Source of the DNA: Tubiluchus corallicola | Taxonomy: Eukaryota > Animalia > Priapulida | NCBI GenBank assembly: GCA_030141605.1 | Contig: JAQGDQ010000294.1 | Coordinates: 186,001 to 250,000 of the forward strand | Direction: 5' to 3' | Length of the DNA: 64,000 bases | In this document: positions 22,191 through 34,625 of the stretch, in pieces | Position numbering within the stretch: the stretch's first letter is position 1 | How the letters are laid out: each line of letters begins with the position of its first letter | The notes under the pieces: model-generated | The model's database searches: none | Told to the model about the DNA's origin: nothing | What the model saw: the letters and a program-made list of their open reading frames with translations, nothing else | Position numbers and translations under genes: made by a program

Positions 22191-23960
22191 TAATTTTGTT
22201 GTATAGTGGATAGTGCGTTGTATTGGTTGTGTGTAAGCTGCTTATTGATGCTTGAGGGATGGCAAAGCTATGAAAAGTCTGATTATAAAACGGCACGTTT
22301 ATTAAACATCAACACAATAAATATAACTGATAGCAATGCCAAAAACCCCTGATCTAACGGCTCTCTGTACGCTCCGGCTCCCAGACTCAATCTCAGACTA
22401 ATTTCTTGAGCTGATGGCCCCGCACGCCTTATATATCGTGCGCGGAGCGCCGGCTCCTCAATTTCTCCTCTCCTTAACTGGCTTCATCATACCATCATCT
22501 ATCAATATAATTATTTATCATAATCTGCTGCTTTTAACGTAATTTAACAGGTTCTCTTTACTCTTCTCTTCCTAATAAAGAATTTATCATCTTGGGGCTG
22601 GCTAATTTAAATCTACATGTGTTATACAGTTGATCACATACATTGTACGATGACAAAATTAAATATTCAGCGTAAACACTCAATAGCTAGCATGGTGATA
22701 GTATTCCTTTAAATACACAGCATTGGCTGTTATAATTCAATCGCAAATACAATATAGTCTCCAAACTAAAGCATATTATGGACATCTGAATGTAAGGATG
22801 AATAGGTTGGTGCGGATATGCCAATCTCAAAATATTAATTATGTTAAAGGTTATAGATTCCAAAATATTATACGTGTTAAAATATGACATGTGTGGAAAT
22901 ATTATACGTGTTGAAGCAAATATTACCACTTGTAATAAAGGGAATTGGAATGGAGAAAAATTATGATCAATGTCATATAAAAATGGAGGGGAGGCGTCAT
23001 TCGAAGGCTCAGGAGGAAGTATTTGCGAATTAGGTCGTAATTAATCTCATATGAGTCGTGGAGTTCCTGAAGCAATTTAGAGATGCTCTCGTCTATGTCT
23101 TGATCATAACTGTATAATAAGATAAAATAAAATGAATAGGGAAGTATAGTCAAAACAAAATTTCTATAGTTAATTTCACGTTGATTCAGATACTGATCAA
23201 TTATCAATTCTAGTTATGTGCTTCAAAACCATATAAGTAGTTAACACTGTAAAGTTGCTGATTGAACATGATTGCGGTGATTACCGTGTAAAAACCTTAA
23301 TTGGGTTCTAGACATCGCAAAAATTACTGTAGTTTAAATAGATTATAAACTTTTAGGAAGTAAACTGTTTAAATCAAAACTCTCAGAAAGCATTGTTGCT
23401 GTGTATGGAGCTAAATTTATGCAATTAACTAACGCATTGTATAGAAAAAACTGATTGGTTAGAATTGCTTCAAGTATCTAGAATCATGAAGTAATAATTT
23501 GTGGTTTCAGTCTTCTTAAATCTAATTTTTATTTGTCTAAATAGTAATAACCTTTAGCACGTTCTTAAGCACTTTTTGTGATCTGTTGTTTTAAAAAGTT
23601 GCAGGTCTATCGCGCAGTTCAACACTGATTTTTGCCGTTTCTTTGCCTGGACTGGGCGCATCCACACACGTTTGTAATATTGGTTACATATATGTTTGTA
23701 ACCCTGTTGTTATCACCCATCATTTGCACCTGCATTGTACTATGTTATTTTCTATCACACTGTTTTCATTTACTAACATGGACTGCACCGTTCGAGTACA
23801 TAATAAAAAATAAATTAATTTGCCTTGTTGCATCATCTCACATAACAGTCACACTTGGTTATAACGCCAAATTCATTTAAAGCCCAACTTTTTTGCAATC
23901 CCAATGTATGCAATAAAGAGAGGATTACGATGCCCTGTTATGATAATGATGAAGAGGGTA

Positions 23961-24573
23961 GACATAGACATAGAACATTTATTTTGTCCAATTAGTTAAA
24001 CATCAAAAGCTTTTTTAAACATTAAGTAATTATAATCACGAAGCAGGGCAGGGAAGGGCCATAGGGTCATCTAGTCTCCTGCCCTTATAAATAGATTAGT
24101 ATATTAAAAATTAACGGTGATGCTGCAGATAACAAAAACAAAAGCAAATAAGAAAAAATAATAATAAAAACAGTATAAATGATACAAATTATCCAAAAAG
24201 AACTGAAAACAAAAAATAATAAAGTTATATACCTAAATCTAAACAAACCAATACAATTATTAAGTGATTAGGATTATTATATGTAGTAGTTTGAAATGAG
24301 ATCTTATTAACAGGGGAATTCGACCAAGGTTAGTGAGTAAAGTTAAAAACTGAGAGTATGGAAAAATAAGTATCAAAAAAGTGTAATATAGAAAAATTTA
24401 CGAGAAAAAGTAAGTATGAGAAAGAACAAGAATTACTTAGGAGATGAGGAGAAAAAAGAAAAGAAAGAAAGAAGTTGCTAGCTTGCTTATTAGTCTTACA
24501 AGTTATGTACTACAGGCATATCCATTTAGCAAGTTTTTGTGTATTTTTTGGAAGCAGAAAATAAGCTACTATA
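23961..24573 (-). mobile_element. 5'-truncated CR1-like LINE 3' end inserted upstream of GT92 copy A
   Basis: Absent from copy B (empty site GAGGGTATGAGG near 51826). TSD AGGGTA at 23955-23960 and 24574-24579. The - strand shows the CR1 3'UTR-like motif GACTAGATGACCCTATGGCCCTTCC, AATAAA and a (CTATGT)n tail. Confidence 0.8.
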
Positions 24574-24666
24574 AGGGTATGAGGACAAAAAATAGCAGGG
24601 CTTCAATCTATTAAGTGTGCAAATGGAACTAAACTCAGTTAATATTGTTCTTTTCAGGAGAAGTTA

Positions 24667-26154
24667 ATGAGTCCTGGCTGCTTGCTATTTATCATTCTTA
24701 CTCTGTCCCTTTATTTGATCATTCGCAGAACAACAGTGTACACCCACAACAAATACAGGGGATATGTCGTCTTCTCTGCAGAAACCTTCTACGAAGGCGT
24801 TGCACCACCGGCAGCTGTTGATAACGAAGAGGCGCAGACAAAATGCAGAACTAAAAAGCCCGGTCCAGAAGAATTGCTCATCAACAACACTTACTGGCAG
24901 ATGGATGAGAGTGAGACAAACTTCTTCTTCAGTGCTTATTGGGATGGCAGAGAGATTAGTGTAGGTGGAGGAAAAGTATACCATGAAAAGGCTAATATTA
25001 TAAGAGTATTTGGCATGAGAGATGTTACACAGGGCAAGCCTAATTTGTTTTGCTATCTTTGGTACGGTGATCACGTGACTGTAGCCAATGTGAATGAGGA
25101 AATTATATGGTTCAATCAGCCAGGTCATATAGACATAGCAAATAAACGATCACAGTACCACCCATATCTCTATAACTGTCCAGTGAAAACTGCTGAGATT
25201 CCAGCCTACATCTCGTTGTCGACATCTTGGTGCAAAATTCCCACAAACTTACTGGAAGTAAAAGCCAGAAATTACACACAGCCCCGGAGAGATTTTGCTA
25301 TATGCGTGAAAGGTCTAAATTATGAAGATGACGTCTCCATAAAATTGATCGAATGGATCGAGATCAATAGAATATTAGGCGCAAAGAAAATTTTCTTCTA
25401 CAAGTACAGCATCAACCCAGCTGTCCAAAAGCTTTTAGACTATTATACCGACCAAGGAGTAGTTGAAGTACACACGTCAACACTTCCGGGACACCAGCCA
25501 AACAATCCCACTAATCGGACAAGATTTCTCGAAGTAAAGGTGTTGCAGACATGGATGGATGAAGTACTCATATATAATGACTGTTTCTATAATCACATGA
25601 AGGAATACAACTATATCATTCCACTAGACATTGATGAAGTTTTAGTGCCAACAAAGCACAGGACTTGGCAAGAAATGCTTCCTTGGGTGATCAAAACTAA
25701 TGTATACAAGGATCCTAACTCAAAATATAACACCATTGTAAAAAGATGCGGATCATACGAATTCAGGAACGTTTTCTTTTTGCCACAAATAAATAAAGAA
25801 CCTATTGACACTGTTCCAAAATATCTAACAACACTTCAGTATATAAAAAGAGTCAAAGAAACCTCAATATTAGGATTAAACATGAAAGGATTCTTTAACA
25901 CAGACTATGTGATTCTAGTCCACAATCACACACCCTTTAAGGTATTCTCCTATGTATGGAGCTGGTGCAGTGTTCAAGAACGCCAAGGGTTGTTGCATCA
26001 TTACCGTGACAAGTGCCCTACTGACGACTACACTCATCGCTGCAAAAATCTCAATGTAACCATAACAGACATGACAATGTGGCGATACACCGACGAACTA
26101 ACACAAAGAACAGAGAAAGCGATGAATGACTTAAGTATTCCAATACCAAAATGA
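24667..26154 (+). CDS. Glycosyltransferase family 92 (DUF23, GALT-1-like), type II membrane protein, copy A
   Basis: N-terminal TM; FSAYWD; FAICVKGL...LIEWIEINRILGAKKIFFY; YNDCFY...PLDIDE (DxD); VHNH; LHHYR. An acceptor ttttcag lies 9 nt upstream of the ATG, so an upstream exon is possible. Confidence 0.9.
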   Translation: MSPGCLLFIILTLSLYLIIRRTTVYTHNKYRGYVVFSAETFYEGVAPPAAVDNEEAQTKCRTKKPGPEELLINNTYWQMDESETNFFFSAYWDGREISVGGGKVYHEKANIIRVFGMRDVTQGKPNLFCYLWYGDHVTVANVNEEIIWFNQPGHIDIANKRSQYHPYLYNCPVKTAEIPAYISLSTSWCKIPTNLLEVKARNYTQPRRDFAICVKGLNYEDDVSIKLIEWIEINRILGAKKIFFYKYSINPAVQKLLDYYTDQGVVEVHTSTLPGHQPNNPTNRTRFLEVKVLQTWMDEVLIYNDCFYNHMKEYNYIIPLDIDEVLVPTKHRTWQEMLPWVIKTNVYKDPNSKYNTIVKRCGSYEFRNVFFLPQINKEPIDTVPKYLTTLQYIKRVKETSILGLNMKGFFNTDYVILVHNHTPFKVFSYVWSWCSVQERQGLLHHYRDKCPTDDYTHRCKNLNVTITDMTMWRYTDELTQRTEKAMNDLSIPIPK

Positions 26155-27768
26155 GAAGAATAAATATTAGCAATCCTATTCATTCCCGCATGGGTCATGG
26201 TTTTCTGTCTTGAGCTTCTGCATACTCAGAATGTGAAGAACAAATATCAAAGAAATTCGTGTATTCGTGCATGCAGTATTTCGAGCATTGGATATCTGGA
26301 AGCAACAATAAAGGGCACGTGGCTGCATAGCTCCAGCGTGATAAATTCAAGTCTTCTTAAATTTCTTAAAACAATTTTGTTATGTTTATAAGTAGTTGTG
26401 CTGTTTTAAGTTGAATGTTACTTAGATTAAATTTATTTAGATGTTTAAACTTAAATTATTGTAAAGTTGAGGAGGGTTTATATTTAGTAGATTTTTTAAA
26501 AGATTTTCAGAAAACCATGGTTTTTCATTATTTTGTAGATATAACTAAAAGGATTTAAAAAAAGTTATAATTACTGATTTTTAAAAAAATTATAAATACT
26601 GGTTTTTAAAATTAAGTTCTTGACAGAATTTTTTGATCAGTTGAGAAATAATTGCTACTTAAATGTAACTTAAAAGGGCAGGAAAATCGGATGTTAAAGT
26701 CAGATTACAAGTTATTTCAGAGAAAAAAATTCGTTAAACAGAGCAGAGTTGTTTTGTTTAGTTTTTTTTAAGCGTTTTCATAATTTTTTTACCAAAATTA
26801 CAATTTAACTGTAATACAGGGTTAAAAGTTCATATAGAGTTTTGAAATGCAGAACAAAATTGAAGTTATAAATACAATTACTTACAACATCAGATGTTCA
26901 GAGATTCCTAGCACCTGCCATTTTCTTTGTTAGTTTCCCTCCAAACCTTAGGATTGAGCTGCCAGGGGGAGTTGAGCTAAATTAATTTTTTATATATACT
27001 TGTATTTTATATTACTTTAATAACTATAACGACTTTAAATTTAATAATGTCTGTTTATAGAAAATCTTTTTTATACGATGTTGGCTAAAATTATTGGTTG
27101 GAAATAATTATTTTAAAACGTGCTAGCTCTCTATTGTGAGCTTACTTCTGCTATAGAGTGTCTGTTAATGAGTGCATGTTGTAGTACAGTGCTATGAGTA
27201 TTATTGTAAAAGTTGTGTTTTATGCAATGGCATGTGTGTTTGTGTAAGCCGGAATTGTTTGAATCATGTTATGTGTGTTTTGTTCTATGTTATTGGCAAT
27301 GTGCCATTTTGTTGTTTGTCTGAAGTGCAATTAAGTACTGTAAAGTTCGTATGGTTGAAATATGTGTTTTGTGGTTCTGTTTGTAAGGTTTTGTTTTTGT
27401 AAAAAATTTTTATATAAAATTTTTATATTTCCAGACTTTTTAAAAATTAAAATTTTTTTAATTTTTTTTAATAAAAGTGTTAATATTTATACATTATTAA
27501 TAATATTATCAGAATTACTAATACTCATCAATTATTAGTAAAAAAATGTTTCCATACATTATTAGTGAAAAAAATTAATTTTTCATATTTTGAAAGGGTG
27601 ATAAGAGATTAGAGTTGGTTGTAGTTAAAAGGAATGTTAGTAGAAAAGGAATAAAGTAAGTCAGCAAACCTTGAAGCGACAGGGGTGTGAACCAAAATTT
27701 TTTGTTTATAAAACTAATGTAAAAATTGGTCCTTGAAATGCGATAACCAAAAAGGTTACGCTGAGTGA

Positions 27769-30097
27769 GAGCTACATCCCCGATTACTGTTTAACATTCT
27801 CCACAGAGCTTGATATGTGGTGCTACCGTCAATGAGAAATATAAAATTATTTCAACACAGTGTACAAAATTATAATATTTCTAAACTTTCAGTGTATCCA
27901 ATAGCGCGTATTACATTCTCTGATAAAAACAGTGCTAGTTATTTGCAAATCATGAACTTTTTGCCTGCTAGTCGGCTTTTAGTCTATAGCAGGGGCCTAT
28001 AACTATTGTTCTTCATTCAATTCATTCTTATGACACTATAATTATAACACAGAATAATAATTTTTATGATTCTTAATGAGCAATGAAAAAAATCAAAAAT
28101 TCCAAAATGAACTGGATTATTTTCATGTGAAAGGAACAAAGAGATTACTTAAATACATAGAATTTAAAACGAGTTATACACAAACGAGCATGGTGATAAA
28201 CTGTTGTTTCTCATCGTTCAAAAGTATAGATGATTAGGAATTTGGATTTAACTTTCATTTGTTATATATTTATAAAAATAATATTATTGGTGTTTAATTT
28301 TTTCTTGTTGCTTTCTCTCTTAAAGACCTGCCTAAATCAACATTATCCCTCCCCAAATTACTGATACATTTGCAGTTCTGTAAACAATTGAAAAAATACA
28401 GGTCTGCATTAATTTTACTTTTTAAAAGTGAAATTTTAATTGATACTTTTGTGACACGAGACTGTTCTTTTTATTCCATAATCCATAACCAATAATACAC
28501 AAAATGAATACACTTAAATTTATTGTAATTAGACAATTATAATCAATCATTCTTGAAAAGACAAATGTACGTCATGTAACTTTTACACTGTTTGCTAAAA
28601 ATGCTATCTTAGTTTTCAGCAAGTTGCATAAATCCATGTGACTTATACAAACTATATATTATGTTTAAGCTGATCAGTGCGTCACAATTATAATACTCTG
28701 CTAATATGTGACTACACATAGCCACTATAAAAGAAGTTTCAAAAAAACAATAAAATTTATACAGAAGTCACATATTAAATTAGTGCAACTAATTTTCGTA
28801 CTTTTCAATTTATGTAGTGCAAACTCATTTCTTTTTTTGTTACAAAAATGAATACAAAAATACAAATTTTGCATGCGAAAACTTAAATCTTAAAGTAAAC
28901 TTAGTTTTACAACTAGGCGTTACATACGGACCACTGTCTTGCAGATTTTCAAACCACTAGTCATCATACGGATTGCACAGTTAGCTCACTCTACGAATAT
29001 GTATATATTCCAAGAAATTATTAGCCAATTGTATATATTTTGTAGGAAATAAACTTTAAGTTTTAAAACATCTTAAGCATTTTCACTTATAATTACTCAC
29101 ATCATTAAAGCTTGAAAAAAAATTATGCAGTTTTTTAGTGCTAAACTGCTTTGCTGACTGTCATATCACATAAAGGCCCCGTCACACCGAACAACAACCA
29201 TGAAAACTTCACACAAAACAATGAATTTCTTGATTTTGAAGATGGTCAGATCTCCGAAGATCGTGGACCTTGGGCAAAGTAAAAAAGAATTGCCTCTTCT
29301 GCACTACGACTACAACATTCATACCACACCCATAATGTGCTTCTATGGTGATCTGCTTCTTCCACGATCTTGTGACGATGAATGACCTTGAACATAATCA
29401 AAGTTTTTCTGCAAACATGAAGATCTTCTAGGCTATGATAATATGTCCCTAATCCTTGCCATTTCAACAACGCTTCTGCTAAGATCTAGAAGATTTCACT
29501 GACAGAGACTTAGCCAATTTCTAAAGTTGCACCAAATTCTCCAGTTGGTGTGACGGGTTTTAAGCTAAAAATGCTTATTACGCATACAAAATAACAAACA
29601 ATGATAGCGTGACAATATTTACTAAAAGCAGACCTCCAAAAATAAAACGAAATGGTGATAATGCAAGGTTCTTGCTCTAACAAGTAGAATCGTTACCAGA
29701 ATCATAGTAAACACATCACAGCATTTAATGTAATAATTGAGAAAATGCAATTTGCAATTAACAGTGTTTCGTTACTTTTATTCTACAGAAATGGGGTAAA
29801 TATAACTGATGAAACACAGTTAGGCTTGAATGATATACATTTCACTAACGTCACTGCAAATATCAACAAAAAATTTTGTTTTAACTTTAAGTTAAAGACA
29901 ATCACATTATATAAGAAAATGTTGAAAGACCTTGTAATCTTAAAATAATTATTTTTATTTCTTACACAAACTTTTACCGCAATGGGCTTCATCAGGTGAA
30001 AAATTTCAGAAAACATGTTAAAAGCAGTATATACCAGCATTAGAAACAGAAATAGCAGCTAAACGTCACTGGTTTAAGATACAAAAGATAGAGAAAA
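27769..30097 (+). repeat. Duplicated block 1, copy B
   Basis: Paralogous to 18019..20586. It begins with only the 5'-most 13 nt of the tRNA-Ala. Confidence 0.95.
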
Positions 30098-30633
30098 AGC
30101 AAAAATGACTATATAGGAAGAAAAAATATAATTAAAGCTTAATTAAAGAAAGTAAAAAGAGCAGAAATAAACTGACATACCTGAGATAAATTGACGTCTT
30201 TTTATTCCCATTCTTTTTACTTTCTTTAATTAAGCTTTTATTTTGGCAAGATATGATTATATAGTGCTCATTTGTTCCTCATATGTGGTCATTTTTACTC
30301 TAACTTATTATATAGCCACGCTTAACTGCTATTTTTGCTTTTAATATCCTTGCTTCACACTGGAATATACCGTTTTTAACATTTTACCTGTAATTTTTCA
30401 ATAGACGAGAAACGCCAGGGTGAAAGCTTCTATAAGAAATAAAAATACGTATTTTGAGACTACAGGGTCATTCAATGTTTTCTTATGTTAAAATGGCAAG
30501 TCTCATGAGAGCTTTTTTCATATTTTACAATCACATTATAATAAATTTTACACAATTTTCATGCAACATAATCACAAAATAAGAATTTATCAATCTGTGA
30601 TTCAATAGCTAAAAACTTCTAAAACAACATAGA

Positions 30634-30912
30634 TTATTGCAATCCATGTAGTTCAATCAGCTGCTTGACTTTTTCAATGTATGCTTTCTCAGCGTCCTCT
30701 TTCGACATGCCTTTTCGACTGTCCCAGGCATCCCATTTTGCCTTCCCTTTCATATCCAGACTTAGCATACCAGGCCGATCAGTAGGGTTGTCTCCGACTG
30801 TTGCCTGCTTATACAGTCCATACAACTCGAGCAGGTCTTTATCATTTGGACGCACCTTCAAATTTTTCGCATCTTCAGCTGCCTTTAAAAATTCGGGGCT
30901 GTTTCCAGACAT
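30634..30912 (-). CDS. DBI: Acyl-CoA-binding protein (ACBP/DBI), 92 aa
   Basis: [16 protein letters not shown]...[31 protein letters not shown] is the canonical ACBP signature. ATG at 30912 directly follows the acceptor ttttctcgttggttgcag. The CDS has no introns. Confidence 0.95.
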   Translation of the reverse strand: MSGNSPEFLKAAEDAKNLKVRPNDKDLLELYGLYKQATVGDNPTDRPGMLSLDMKGKAKWDAWDSRKGMSKEDAEKAYIEKVKQLIELHGLQ

Positions 30913-32272
30913 CTGCAACCAACGAGAAAATCAAATCATTTATGAGACGCATGTCGTTAAAAACAGTAATAAAAATGAAAAATGCAGCATTTTCCCAACT
31001 TCTAGTGAATAGTACAATCAAATCTCTTTATCACCGTGTCTTTGGGACCGGATAAAAAGCTGGCATTACAGTGGAGTTTGGCATCATAACGAATTGTGTT
31101 AAGTTTTGCCATAGACAAATCTTGAAGCAGTCAGAACAAATGTGCACTGGTTAGGCTCCTCAATTATTGATCCATAGGTTAACGAATTAAAAGAAAACCA
31201 TTAAATTATCATTTGTGAATTAATTGCGCAACCTTATTAAGAACTTTTTGTTTACATAATAAACGAGTCATGTACTCAATCTAAATAATAGACTGTATGT
31301 CTCCATTATGTATGTACACATAAAGAAATGAAAATGTCATAACTACAAATTTCTTGTTGTGATTCGCTTAGATGATTCTTAGAAAACAAGCAAAATTTCG
31401 TGCTCCTCTCTGGTGAAAGAAGATCAGTTTCCCTCATATTGCTTGGCGTTGACATAACAAGCACATAGGGCAGCATACCAATGTCAGAATAACCTTATTG
31501 TAATTGTACAATATACAGGACAGCTTGCTGATAATCAAAACATAATAATATGCATTATTTTATACAGCACGTAGCGACTCAGCAAAGAGGACAGTTGGTA
31601 CGGTCTAGGGAAGCCACACGGATGCTAGATGAGACCATCTCACCTTGTAGTAGTCATTCATAAGCTTTGTTGAGACACTGGCAGCATTTCTCCTTGAACA
31701 TGTATATTAATTTGCCTGGCAGATGGCTGACGCGAAGCGGTAAAATGGGTTGTTTTTAAACACAGTTTAATACAGCCGTTTTGTTCCTGACCATTTTATA
31801 GGCGAAAAACAAGTTTGGTGGTAAACGGGGGTGGGTTGGGGGCTTGGGGTGGATAGAATGACGTTTGACTGTAGTTTATTTGAAGATGCAATTAGAACAA
31901 TTAAACACGAGACAAGAGACTCCTTACCATCTACAACATTAGCCTAACTTCTGGCACTAATAGACTTGTACACAGCTAGCAGTTACCTATTCACTGTATG
32001 TACCAAGGATTTATCAAGTGGGTCAGATAGCTCAGTTGGCAGAAGCAGACACATTAAGCACAATATGTCTCACATTCCAATACTGATTCGTAATTTTTAA
32101 TACACTCTTTTGGACAAATCAGCTTCTAGATTAATTACTGCTTCTTAAATAAAACTCGCACAAATGCTAAATATTAAAATGATGCCTGTGCATCAGAAAC
32201 ATAATGTCTGTATCGGTTTACAAATGTCATGTAGTTACATGAAAACGTGAAGGATAACCGAAAGATACTTAC

Positions 32273-32334
32273 TATTACAGCTACTTGGCTCAGTCCTGGG
32301 CTATATTCACTGAAATCAGAGGACGGCTAATGTT
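32273..32334 (-). other. Candidate non-coding 5' UTR exon of ACBP
   Basis: 62 bp flanked by tttttttaatttgcag and gtaagt on the - strand. It has no ATG and an in-frame stop. Confidence 0.35.
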
Positions 32335-34312
32335 CTGCAAATTAAAAAAACGCTCGACATTATTTTACCTACAGTAACTTTAAATTTGCAATTCAAGTTT
32401 ATTTTGTGTGATATGTTACATGATTTTCAGATCTAAATCAAACTACAGTATTAAACCTGAAATATAAAAGAGCTATTTTTACCCCCCGAGACCTTTTGCA
32501 GCACCATTCTAAACCTTTGTAGGATGTATATACCATATACAACCAAATGAAGAAAATAAGACTGTGTCAGATGTACTAGTTAGTTCTGAAATCTAATTCT
32601 GAATATTTTTATTATTCTTTGAGTGCCGTTTTTTATACGGAGTATTACTCCTTACAGTAACAGCATTTACCAAGTTACACTACAGGCTTTGAGCCGTTTT
32701 AAGGAAGCACAAAATGCTCTCAGGAATCATCACTATAGGAAGTTTTCTGTTAATAATGATTAATAATGTGATCACAAAATCAAAAATCTAATCCTAGGTA
32801 AAGCAGCAAAACAATCTTTGCAAAAGACCTTTCTGTTCTAAGGATCATTTACTACAATATATGTACTCTTAAAGATTTGCAATGTTACTGCATAGAGTGT
32901 AACATAGATGTGACCTCGCTTTTTTGGATATCAGAAAAACCGGACAAAATCTGGTCTGTTAAAAGTTCCCGCATACTATGGACAGTCCGGCGTTTCACAA
33001 GCTGACCACTAGTTGGCGGGTCATCACTTAGTTAGTTTACATCATTACATCAGTGTAACCACGTGTATACCTCTGTATATAAAAATATAAAGTCAATTAT
33101 ACGGAGTTCTTTGAGTCAACTGCCGACAGTTTTTATTTACTTTTGCATAGAAGTGGCCCGTAGTAGACGTTTTTGAGACAATTAGGTAATTGATTCTACA
33201 TTACCACTAGTCTAGTACAAGTCGCCTACTGTATAAGCTTAGTATCAGTAAATACGGACAATCAGACAATTCGGACCGACGTCTCCCTGCTTTTGTCCGG
33301 TAAACCGAGATACAAGTGTATATATATTATTTATTAGAAACAAACACTGTGTGTGGCATTTACAGGTGCAAATCACTGGATTACTTTAATATAGACTATT
33401 TTAGTCTTACACAAGAAAAAGATTAAGGATTAACCACACGGGAGCTAGAACACCAAAAGACTAAATTGTAAGATAGTCATTTTGAAAAGATAAAGTTCTG
33501 TAACAGTAAGTATTCTAAAAGTCAACCTCAATGTCATTCTTCAAAATACTTTTAGTCTGTAATATTTAACGCATTTCAATAGATACAAATTTTTCAACGT
33601 TGAGAAATAAAACACGTATGCATTCTTCACAGCCTTAACATAACTGCGCTAGAACATTTAACTATGAATTTCTATAGTGAAGTTGTTTGAAAGTTAAAGA
33701 ACTAACCACACTTGTTGAGATTATTACACAAGTCTTGTGCACGTAGTGCAAAGCAGAAGTGAGTGGTACTCTGGCCTGCTGACTATTAAACTATATATCA
33801 GTAAAGTGCTTAGTTGAGACAACTAAACACACATTACAATCGCAACACAGATTACAAGATAAACGCTTACGCTAACTGTTTAAACAACAGCTGGTACCAC
33901 TAGAAAATACTGAAACTATGTCTATATGGATTTGTGTTACGAACGTTTTAATGGCAGACCTATAGAATCAGCTACTCCCGACACAATGTAAAGTCTAGTA
34001 CATCCGAATAGTCGGTTTTCAATTTTACATATTGATCAATAACTTCATTTCAATCTCGCAAGTAACTACAGCATTACAACCTAGTACCAGTGCATCATAA
34101 TACAGAATAGACAGGCACTATAATATGTCATCTCACGCTCTGGACAAGGTTTGTTCAGTATGTTCGTAAACGCATTTTCTTTCTTTGCGGTTAAAAACAG
34201 ACGACAAGATATAAATTTCATTTAAACCCTCTACTGCTGCAAAAGAACAAAATAAAACTTTGTTCTAATAAAAAAATAGGCTAATTAGCAAATTTAAAGT
34301 TCTTCAAACCTA

Positions 34313-34625
34313 CTTAACTGTATAGATCATTTATTGTGCAAACATTTCTGCAAACTGCTAATGATGCATCTCACATTTCAATTGTTAAAAAAAATCTGTA
34401 CATACTCCACACATACTCCAAAAAAATAGTTCACACAGTAAAGATTGGTACCTAGCAAGCACGCAGTAGTTACGAGCAGAAATATATTTGAACTCCGGTA
34501 GAAAAACTTGGACTCCGATACCGTGACAGATATAAACTAAAATTCTAACGGAGAAACTAAAATATCACGATACACGCTACTAGATGTTTTAACAAAATTC
34601 TACCTAAAGACACGAAGCTGTGCAA
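34313..34625 (+). repeat. Duplicated block 2, copy B
   Basis: Paralogous to 20618..20924. Confidence 0.92.

Noticed and set aside
22200-22628. Possible solo LTR (TGTATA...TATACA with - strand TATA and AATAAA)
   Set aside because: No target-site duplication and no second copy in the window.
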